From: Protoeuglena noctilucae
Lineage: Eukaryota
NCBI GenBank assembly: GCA_958009085.1
Contig: OY253688.1
Span: 496,001-560,000, forward strand
Reading direction: 5' to 3'
Length of the DNA stretch: 64,000 nucleotides
Part shown: in pieces, positions 11,701 through 21,872 of the stretch
Layout: every line of letters begins with the position of its first letter
Numbering within the stretch: the first letter of the stretch is position 1
Translations under genes and position numbers: made by a program
Notes under the pieces: generated by a model
Database searches by the model: none
The model's input: the letters and a program-made list of their open reading frames with translations, nothing else
Told to the model about the DNA's origin: nothing

Positions 11701-13800
11701 CATCACGGCGCGGAACTGGGACCAGCGCCAGAAACCGGTCGAGAGGCGCAGGACGCAGATGAAGGCGAAGATGGCCGGGGACGCGATAAGGCTGATGCGG
11801 TCGAGGAGCCACGTGAGGTGATCCATGTTGTGCTTCCAGAGCTCGTACACGACCCACGACTCGAGGCCGGACACCCACACGAGGAGGAAGGCGGAGAGCA
11901 GGATCTCGTCCATCACGGTCAAACAAGAAACTTTCGGGAGCTTGTCCTGGAAAGGCACGGATCGGGGGGGGTGGGACAGGGTCAGAAGCACAAACGCGGG
12001 GAGGCGGAGCACGTTCACGAGAAGGCACGGGGTCAGAAGCACGGCATGCGGAGCACGTTTGAATTAATGAGCGGCCATCAAGCCCACTTATACAGATGCA
12101 ATAGTAAAGTGCAATAGCAAAGCATATATCACCTTGGTAACGAAGAGGAAGGCGACCATGGCGAGGAAGAGCGTGGTGGCCTGGGCCATGCGGGCGTTGA
12201 GCGCGTCCAGCCCCGTCATGGGGATGGAGTAACTCGAGAAGCTCATGACCATCAGCATGAAGGCGACCTGCGAGTGACGGAGCAGGGAGACTCGTATATG
12301 CATATTAAATCCCATGCTCACCATACACCTGGCTAGCATATTGCTGCAAACAAGATGAATTAAGATCCCATAACCAGATGCCCCATCATCCCCTCACCAG
12401 GAGGATGTTGATGAAGTAGTATCGGTACGCCCTCTGGAACCCCAGCCTCATGCGCAGTCGATTGGAGTCCTTCGACGCCGGCTGGGGCAGCCCCGCGCGA
12501 CCAAAGACCCACTCGTTCAGCTCGGGCATCCCCAGCCACCTGCGCGGGAGGCATGGGAGGGGCTTGGGGCATGGGGGTGTCTATGCCGCGGGCACAGGCA
12601 AGGGCGGGAGTTGGCTGGCAAAGCGTGCGAACGACAGAACGCGTTGCCTCCCCTACCCTCTGAGGGTCGCTAAGACCGTAGCAATTACAAAGTGCCTATC
12701 ACAAAGCAGCTATCATAAAGTAGCACTTTGTGATAGCTATGACCAAAGTCGCCTGGGGTGGAACCGCCAGTTGTAGTATAGCTTCATGCGGTGGCCGAGG
12801 GCGGTAATTACGATGCTGATGGTATCGCTGTCGAATGGGAAGAGCTCGAATCGCATGCGGTTTCGGATCTCCCCACGGAAACGCTGGCGGTGGCGGATGA
12901 GGCCGGCCTTGCCGTCCACGACCTCCCATGAAACGAAGCCAGGCGTACCCTCGACCTGCGGCAAGGCACGCAGACACGGTTACGACTCATGAATCCCGAC
13001 GTGGCCCATATGGCCATGCAGGGTGAGTTGCATGCGTGACTCACGACATGCCCCATGCATGAGTCACATGCGGGAGGCAGGCATGAGAGTGCGACTGCTG
13101 ATTGCAGCACGTGCACAAGCCCCCCCGCTACCATGCCCTCGCCTTCTCGAGCCCCGTCGCGTGCGTGCCGTCCTCATTGAGCAGCGCCACCTCCTCCAGA
13201 GGGTCCCAGATGCCCTCCCATGTCTCCTCGTCGCGCCAGTCGTTCGGATCCACGCCCACCATCGCCTCGTCCCGCCACACTGCGCTGATGAACATGTCGA
13301 CGTTGATCGACTTGGCCCCACCCTCCTCGCTCACGTCCATCGTCTCGATCCAAAGGCGGAAGAACACGGGGCGCTGCCGCGTGTGGTACGAGCCCCGATA
13401 GAAGACGTGGCCGAACGAGTGCTTGGCGATCTCCTGGGAGAGACTGGCACGTGCAGACGGACTCGTCGCGCTGCGCATCAGCTTCACCGTCGACCACCCG
13501 ACGAACGGGCCGGACGGCTGCAGGAGCGTGCATTCCTGAGACGGACGGCCGATGTGTCTTGGTTCGTCGGCCAAGTGTCGGCCAAGGCCCGGCCAATTTG
13601 TCATGGTTACAAAGTCCGTGCCTTGCCCGCAGTCCCCGCGCCCGCACCCGCGCCGGCACCCGCCTTGGCACAATCATGTCGGTACCTACCTGAAGAAGCG
13701 ACGGGCAGGCGACGACGTCCTCGCTAGACACGATGGCGGGGTGACGGTCCGGGGCATGCATGTCGTCGCCTTTCGCCGCGCCGGAAGCCCCGGAAGACAT
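8767..13800 (-). CDS. Cys-less (Pro-loop) pentameric ligand-gated ion channel subunit with a long C-terminal extension containing Mib/HERC2-like SH3-fold repeats, ~12 exons
   Basis: Extracellular-domain motifs VWRD...IWDP, RFRGEIRNRMRFELFPFDSDTISIVI (FPFD Pro-loop) and EW. Pre-M1 FQRAYRYYFINILL, M1-M2 AFMLMVMSFSSYSIP...NARMAQATTLFLAMVAFLFVTK, M2-M3 loop DKLPKVSCLTVMD, M4 LDRISLIASPAIFAFICVL. Downstream exons join in phase to GLRVV...GTLVQ...WWKVLWDDGTLAAYCVG...YQLALA and end at TAG 8767-8769. Confidence 0.82.
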
Positions 13801-14243
13801 CCCTGCTCTATCTATCCTGCCTGCTGCTGCCTACGTCTATCTGTATCGCAGAACACTGACCCTGGAACACGTCCGCGTGGCTCCCTAGACTGAACAATGT
13901 TCGGGGACTCGATGGTCAGGGATGCCAGGCCCACCCAGCATCCCCACGATCGTCGCTATCTTCTCCTGCCGAAGTCAGCCAACCCTGCCTGCCGGACCGC
14001 CTTTGCCCGCGTCCTGTCCTTCCCTGACATGAAAGACCGCAGTCGGTCGCAGTCAGAGCGCTGCCCGTCAGTAAAGGGCATCGGAGATGGGCTTGAGTGC
14101 AACAACCACCAAACCGCCGTCCTGCTTTCGCACTTGATGAGCGGCTGGTCGCCCACGCCCACACCCGCACACTCCGCAGGGAAAGCCTCTTTCTTAGCGT
14201 CTGTCTTTGTGGTCCTTCGCCGGGATCTCGTCGCAGGAGATCG

Positions 14244-15962
14244 ATGTCCATGTTCGGGGCGTTCTTCGGCCCTGGGCCCGATGCGGGGGGCACCTTCGAG
14301 GCAAAGTATCGCGTCTTTCCCGTGTCCTTCATCGACAAGCCGCAGCTCGAGTACGGCGACAAGGTGCGGGGCAGGACATCGCCCAGGACTTGCAGGTAGC
14401 TTTCGTGCGATAGCCGACGCGACTCTCGCCATTTCCGCGCAGGTCGTCCTCCCGCCCTCGGCCCTGAACCGCCTCACGCAGCTCCACATCCAGTACCCGA
14501 TGGTTTTCGAGATCCGCAACCCCAAGTTCCCGAAGACGTCCCACTGCGGCGTCATGGAGTTCTGCGCGGAGGAAGGGACCTGCTTCCTGCCGTACTGGAT
14601 GATGCAGAACCTGCTGCTCTCGGAGGTGACCCCGCGCGTCGCCCCGTGGCCTGCGTCATCGCGTTTGGTCGCCGAACTGACGCGGATGCATGTAGCGAAC
14701 CGCGGGAATCTCGGGGACGGCGACGCGTGCTCCGGTGCGGCGGTGCGGTCGGTCGCCATGACCACCGGGCAACGCGGATCCCGCGCCTCCCTCGCAGGGC
14801 GATTTGATCCACTTCAAGAGCGCGGTGCTGTTCAAGGGCAAGTTCGTCAAGATCCAGCCGCATACCAAGGACTTCTTGGACATCTCGGACCCCAAGGCGG
14901 TCCTGGAGACGAGCCTGCGGTGCGCTGGCGCGTGCGCGGCGCCGGGCGCGAGGCGCGCGCTCACCTGCGCAGCGCATGCTTGCTTGACAGTCGCTCCCTC
15001 CCGCGCCGGTCCTCGCCTCCCCTCGTCGGGCGCCTGCAGCGCGAAACCTCCCGTGCTTGCCCGCAGGCACTACTCCTGCCTCACCGAGGGCGATACGGTG
15101 GTCATCCAGTACAACGGGAAAAACTTTTACATCGATATCAAGGAGTGCCGGCCTCAGCGCGCCGTGTCGATCATCGAGACGGACTGCGAAGTTGACTTTG
15201 AGGCGCCGAAGGACTACGTGGAGCCGAAGCCGTCGCCTAAGGTGCCGCGATACGGGGCGCGGTATGTGCAATATGTCCAGTGCTACCCAGAGCACACGGC
15301 GGTGGCCCGCAGCGGCGCGTGCGACGAGCAGGGTGCAACTCTTTGTCGACCTCGCAGGCAGCACAGGCGGGCCCGTCGGGGGCGGCCGGGCCCGGCCAGG
15401 TGGTCAGCGGGGGCGGGGGCCGTCGCGTGGGTCTGAAGCGCCCCGACCCGCCGCAGGAGGACGGCAAGACGGCTGCCGCGGAGGCTGCCAGCACTTTCCG
15501 GTGAGTCGGCGTGGTTGGTCGCTATCGACGGTCCGTGCGCTGCGCGGCCTGCATTTCCATTATCTCCGGAAGCTCTTCGTGCTTTCGTGACACGCGCCTG
15601 AGGTTCCTGCGCCTCTGCCGTCTGCCCTCAGGCCCTTTGCGGGTGGCGGGTACAAGCTGTCGTCGGGACGGCCAGTGGAGGGCGTACCGAGCGACAAGGC
15701 CAGCGTGGCGAGCACCTCGCGCAGCCAGAGCATGTGGGGCATGGAGCGGGCTGAGCCGGGCAAGGCCCCCGAGCTGGGGACGTCCCCGTCGATCACGGGG
15801 CGACTGATGGGTGCCAAGGGCGAGCGTTTGGGGACGGCCGGGGGTGGCCAGGCGCCCGCGGCTGCGCCCAAGGACGGCGACGGCAAGGAGGGCAAGGATG
15901 GCAAGGAGGACGACGGACAGAAGTTCGAGGCTTTCAAGGGGAAGAGCTTCAAGTTGCGCTGA
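14244..15962 (+). CDS. UFD1: Ubiquitin fusion degradation protein 1, 6 exons
   Basis: [34 protein letters not shown]...[81 protein letters not shown], plus SHP-box-like PFAGGGYKL and C-terminal [12 protein letters not shown]. Confidence 0.95.
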
Positions 15963-16038
15963 CAAGAGGGGCCCGATGCTGTCACACGTGCGTGTGCGGT
16001 TGTGCGTGTTTGTGCGGGCGGATTGATGTCGAGGTTTT

Positions 16039-17294
16039 CTACAGCCCGGATATGGAGCGAATGATGAGCCGGAGCGCGTCCTGTATTGCGCGCTTCGCTT
16101 GGCCTGCCGTCCACGTCCTCATGTCGATGCCTATCCAGTAGCCGAAGCTAGCGAGCAAGAGGGCCGCAGTGAAGGCGAGCTGGAAGAGCGCGGTCACGAC
16201 GCTGACGAACGAGGCCGCCTTATCGGAAGTCAGGGCCACCGGCACCTGCCACACCATCCTGAGTGCAGCGACACACCAAACATGGGCATGGGCAGTGAGT
16301 GCAGCATCCCGGTGGGGCCCAGGAACTACTCGACATCGCCGCGGAGGCTGCGATCGCGCATCACCTCTCGGGCCGGGCGGCAGTGGCTTGCTTAGAGGCG
16401 ACCACCCTCCCCTGGCACAGAATGTCGAGCTGTGCGGGAGGCACTTGCACGGGGGAGCGCTCCCCGCGCACCAAGATTGTATCCGAGGAGTCGTGCAGTG
16501 CGGAAACGTACCGGGAGTGCACCGGGAGCTCCACCACTTGCTGCGGGCACAGCACGCTCGACCCGACATGGGGCGCATCCAGACTCATCCGCGCGCAAAC
16601 ATCATCATCCGGCAACTGAAATCGGTAGTTTGCGTTGCGAGAATACTCACTTGCATCGGCCGCCCCGGGGGGACTCGCGCAGAGAGGCGCACGGACGCCA
16701 CTGCAGTCGCGGCTGGGTTGCCTTGGTCTGGCATCCGTGCCATGCGCTCGACGTCCATGGCGTTCGAGCCAAGCTCCGACGACCACACACTATAGGTCAT
16801 GCCCCGGGCGAGGCTGAGATCGTGCAGCTCATCGGGGTCGGCGTACAACTCGTCCGGCAAGGGCTCTGCGGTCATCTCTGAGAGAGTGAGGGGTTGAAAA
16901 GGGAGCACGAGAAGCGCCACGCAATGTATATTATGCAAGTTCCTACATGCCGCACGCACGCGCAAGGAGGAGCTCCCAGAACGACTCGGCGCAGGTGCCT
17001 GCGGGCGCCGCGACGTCATACCGGATCCATCTGCGGGCAGATGGGTGGGCAGATCGCGTCACTGCCACTGAATGCGTTAGTGTTCACGTATCCCGGGCGG
17101 ACGGCACGCAAGGCCAAGGCCTCTCGTCGCCTGTGTGCCCCGTTCCCCACGAGGTCCACCGACGCGACCACCGTGTCCCTCCCCGGGTCCTGTCCCGGCA
17201 CAGGCACGTAGCCTTGATGGACACCGACGTAGAGAGCCGCGCCAGCCCCCAAAAGACCTGCGGAGACCGCCGCAGCACGGCGCACTAGCGACAT
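16039..17294 (-). CDS. PIG-X/PBN1-like GPI-mannosyltransferase I accessory subunit, multi-exon
   Basis: N-terminal hydrophobic segment (AVSAGLLGAGAALYVGV), motifs EPLPDELYADPDEL, DVE, VELPVHSR and VQVPP, and a VPV...VSVVTALFQLAFTAALLL C-terminal TM helix, matching the PIG-X layout as I recall it. Internal exon borders approximate. Confidence 0.6.
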
Positions 17295-17777
17295 GGGGGG
17301 CCCCGCCGCGCCATGGGATATCCCAGCCCCGATTTTCGCCAATGCGATGATGCGGGTAGTGTCTGAGACAACTTTAGGCTCGATTTGCGGCTGCCAGAAG
17401 TGTCAGTGTCATGACCTGAACCGGCACGTGTACAAACAGCTGTGTTTGGCGACCCATGCTCGGATACTGCCGCGATATCACATTGTTGTGCCATCCCAAG
17501 TCTCGACGGAGCGTTTGTGGTGGAGGATCGCTTTGGCTGTCGTCGCCAAGTCTTTGGGGCTCCCAGCGCCGATGGGCGACACACTGGGAGGTCAGATGGC
17601 TTCCAAGGGTAGCAGGTGCGTGCCGCGATGGCACGTCCAGGGCCCTTCGTTGTAGGTGCCACCTCAACCATTTCTCGGGCCCGTTTTAGCACCGGTGGCG
17701 CTCTTTCCTCCGCTGGTGCTGGCATACATAAGCATCGTTCTCGCCTGCGGGTGTCGGTGCAAGTATCTTTGCTGGCG

Positions 17778-20700
17778 ATGCCTCCTTCGCGCGGGGAGGG
17801 GAAGGGGCATAAGCTGCGCGGAGAGGCTCGTGCGCCGCCTTGCCTGCGCGCCGCGCTCCATCGTGGATTCCAAGCTGTCGAATGGGTGGACACCAGCGGA
17901 TCCACGTACTATGTCGACCCAGCGACGCCCTGGGCGCTCTGGGGGGAGCCCGAGGTCGCGCGGATGCGTGCGCGTTGGATTGCCGCGATGTCTCCCTCCC
18001 GCCCCCTCTCGCAGCCCTCTCCACCATGACCTGGTACTGACGGTCGTTGTTCTGGGCGCCTCGGGGGACCTGGCCAAGGTGCGCGGCCGGACAACGGCAT
18101 CGCCCGTGGGCGAGCTTAGTAAAGGCCTCCCCGCCCCGGCTGGCTTCGATGGGGCGCCCCGCCCCGATCAATGGCACAAATATAACCTCATGATTCTGCC
18201 GGATCGCAGAAGAAGACCTACCCGGCCCTCTTCTCGTTGTTCGAGCAAGGTTTCCTTCCGCCCACGGCCCAGATCATCGGCTTCGCGCGCTCCGACCTCA
18301 CCAACGAGTCTCTCCGCGACCGCCTGCGCTCTTTCCTCAAGTCCGACAAGCCGGGCACCATCGACGAGTTCCTCGCGCGCTGCACCTACGTCCAGGCACG
18401 ACGCGAGCGGGAGCGGCGCGCTCGTGACCCGCCCGCGCCCCGCCGGCCGCGACCCGCGCTTCTCAGCTCCGTCCACAGGGCCAGTACGACGCGCCCGCGA
18501 CGTTCCGGCCCCTCCAGGCCGCCATCAGCGAGCAAGAGTCCCGCGGGCCCGGTCCTTACGGCCGCCTGTTCTACTTCGCGCTTCCCCCGACCGTGTACCC
18601 CGAGGTGTGCGCGTGCCTGCGCCAGGAGTGCGTGGCGCATCACAAGGAGCACGCGGGCAACTGGCTGCGGATCATTGTGGAGAAGCCCTTTGGGAGGGAC
18701 GCGGAGTCGAGCGAGGCGCTTTCGAACGCGATGGGCGCGCTGTTCGACGAGCACACGCTGTACCGGATCGACCACTACCTGGGGAAGGAGCTCGCGCAGA
18801 ACATGGGTGTCCTGCGGTTCGCCAACACCTTCCTTGAGCCCCTGGTGAGGTCGCGAGGCGACGTGAGTGGACTGTGCAAGCAGGATGTGCGCGATGCGCG
18901 TGTGTGCATGGAGCATGCGCATGCTGTCTCTGTGTGTTATCAGCACGTGTATGCCTGGGAACTCCCGCAGTGGAACCAGCACTATACCATACATGAAGCC
19001 CATGGTCAGTTATGTTTCGCCTCATCCGCCCCCGCAGTGGAACAAGCACTACATCTCCAACGTCCAGATCGTGTTCAAGGAGCCCTTCGGGACCGAGGGC
19101 CGCGGGGGTTACTTCGACTCGTTCGGCATCATCCGAGACGTCGTGCAGAACCACCTCATGCAGGCCCTTGCCATCACGGGTGAGTGCAGTGCTTTGCATG
19201 AGTGTATGGGTGCAGCTCAGACAAGGTCGGTAGCTGACCGTCACGAGCGTGGCGGAACTCCTCACCACACAAATTGAAACTAGTCCGTACTAACATCTCA
19301 TCAACTCCCCGTCACCAACAGCCCACAACCCGCTCCCCGCTCACTACACCAGTCACCGCCCACCCCGATCACCCCGATCACCCCGCCCACCCCGCCCCTC
19401 GCCCCCAGCCATGGAGGCCCCCGTCTCCTGGAGTCCCGACGACATCCGCGACGAAAAGGTTAAAGTCCTGCGCGCGATCGAGGTCGTGAAGCCGGAGGAC
19501 GTCGTGATCGGGCAGTACACGGCTGCGGGAGACAAGCCGGGGTACAAGGATGACGACGGCGTGCCTCCCGATTCCCGCACGCCAACGTACGCCTGCTGCG
19601 TCCTGCGCATCCGCAACGCGCGGTGGCATGGCGTGCCGTTCATCATCAAGGCGGGCAAGGCCCTCGACGAGCGCAAGGCGGAGGTGCGGGTTCAATTCCA
19701 GAGCGTGGCGTCGGAGCTCTTTGGGAAGGACCCCGACAAGAGCCGGAACGAGCTGGTCATCCGATTCCAGCCTAACGAGGCCATCTACATGAAGATGAAC
19801 ATGAAGCTGCCGGGGCTGGAGATGAGGTCGACCATCGGGTGAGGAGACGAGAGGGGCGGGGTGGGTTGGACGTGTTGTGCTGACTGGGTCGGGGTCAACA
19901 GAGGAGCTTGTCGTCTTGCATTCGCGGCGTCCCTAGCACACACAGCGCCTCGCTCTGCTCTGTCCGTGCAGGGAGCTGGACCTTACGAACCTTACACACA
20001 GGTTCAATACACACGTTCATTACACACCACCCCGCTCTGTCTATGCAGGGAGCTGGACCTGACGTACAAGAACCGCTTTGATGGTATGCGTATCCCCGAC
20101 GCCTACGAGCGCCTCATCCTGGACGCCATCCGGGGGAACCAGCAGCACTTCGTGAGGTGAGAGGGTGTACGTGTGACATTGTAAAGGGAAGCAATTGGAC
20201 ATAATGGGTACTGAGCACGCCATCCGGGGGGACCAGCAGCACTTCGTGAGGTGAGAGGGGGTTTTTGGAGATGCTTTCTAGGGTCAGCAGCGCTGGGTGA
20301 GGTGAGAGATGGTTGTGAGAGATGAGAGAGGGTCAGCAGCATTTCGTGAGGTAAGAGTGGGTGGTTGTGAGGGGATACACAGCTGGGCAGAGAGGATCCT
20401 TTCAGTAAGAGTAGCACATACACGTTTCGTGCTCTCACGCAACCCCTCACCTCCCTTCCCTCACCTTCCTCACCCCCACATCCACCCACCCAGGCGCGAC
20501 GAGCTGACGGAGCAGTGGCGCATCTTCACGCCCGTGCTGCAAGGCATGGACAGAGGGAGTGTGCCACTCGAGACGTACGCCTACGGGTCGCGCGGCCCCA
20601 AGTCAGGTGCGTTGCTGTTGCTGTCTGCTGTGGTAGGTGCTGTGGTGGGGGGTGTGGTGGGGGGTGTTGAGGTGCGATGTGCGCTTACGGGTCGCGGGGG

Positions 20701-21322
20701 CCCAAGTCAGGTGAGGGCGATGGTGCCGATGGGGTGGGGTGTGGTGTGGTGGTGTGTTGGGGGCCGCTTCGATGGCCTGTGCTGGCCTGTGCTGTGTTGG
20801 GGGGTGCTGTGGTGTGGTGTGCTGGGCTGTGCTGTGCTTCTGTGACGGGCGGGGTGGTGCACCACGCATAATGTCAAGTTTACCAAGCTCCGTGCCTTGC
20901 CTCGCCTTGCAGGGGACGAGATGGTGGCCAGGCACGGCTTTGTGAAGAACGAGGGGTACAGCTGGGGAGCAGGGGCGACCGACAAGGATCTCTCTAAGGA
21001 CACCCGGCGCCTCAGCCTGTCCGCTCAGCCCCACGCACAGCCACAGCCACAGGCCCAGGCACAGCCCCAGGCACAGCCTCAGGCCCAGGCACAGCCCCAG
21101 GCACAGCCCCAGGCACAGCCCCAGGCACAGCCACAGCCCCAGGCACAGCCACAGGCGCACACGCATGCGGCAGCTGCGGCAACGACTGCGCAGGCGCAGG
21201 CACCAGCAACGCAGGGGCAGCAGCAGCAGGGGCATTCGCACGCACAGGGGCAGGGGCAGGGGCAGGGTCAGTTGCCGCCTCACCTGCACTCCACGGTGTC
21301 GTCGACGGTCGGGTCCAAGTGA
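17778..21322 (+). CDS. G6PD: Glucose-6-phosphate 1-dehydrogenase (cytosolic-type sequence) with Q/A/P-rich C-terminal extension, ~9 exons; start codon tentative
   Basis: [19 protein letters not shown] (NADP binding), [21 protein letters not shown] (active site), [85 protein letters not shown] and YGSRGP. Confidence 0.95.
21024..21155 (+). repeat. Coding tandem repeat (caggcacagccc-like units) encoding (AQPQ)n in the G6PD last exon
   Basis: gcacagccccag/gcacagccacag/caggcccag units are in frame with [10 protein letters not shown] and run on to TGA 21320-21322. Confidence 0.85.
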
Positions 21323-21872
21323 GTGATTGCGATTGGATGTATGCTGCTTGCGAACGCTGCTGCTGTCTCCCAGCAACTCTACCTTTCCATGCATCGCCTT
21401 ACACAGCTGGCAGTGACGGCTCGGACAGCTAACTCCGCTCTGCGCCCTTGCTTTGCAGGATCTGAGCGCCGTTGCGCTGACGAGAGACGCGGACGGAAAG
21501 GCGCACGCGTCTATCTGCTTCGATCGTCTTTTCCAACGGGCCATGCGCAGCGCACGTGCTTGCAAAGTGGCTGGGACGATCTCTTTTTCTACCTGCCATC
21601 CCGCCAGCGAGCAGATGGGCAGCAATTCTGTTGTGCGAAACGCTTTGCTGGCTTGTTCCATGCTCCTTCCATGACTCAGGACTTTCAATAAAAGGACATC
21701 GATCGCATCGTTTCAAACACCGACGCCACAGGTCCGGCACCGCCCCTGCTTACAGCGCGCTCCCAGCCCGCCCTGCATACCCGACAAGCCGGGTAAGACC
21801 CCCGCCAATTCCCTTTTCGACTCGGCCAGCGCGCCTCGCTCTACGCGTCGCCGCTCTACGCATCGCTGCTCG

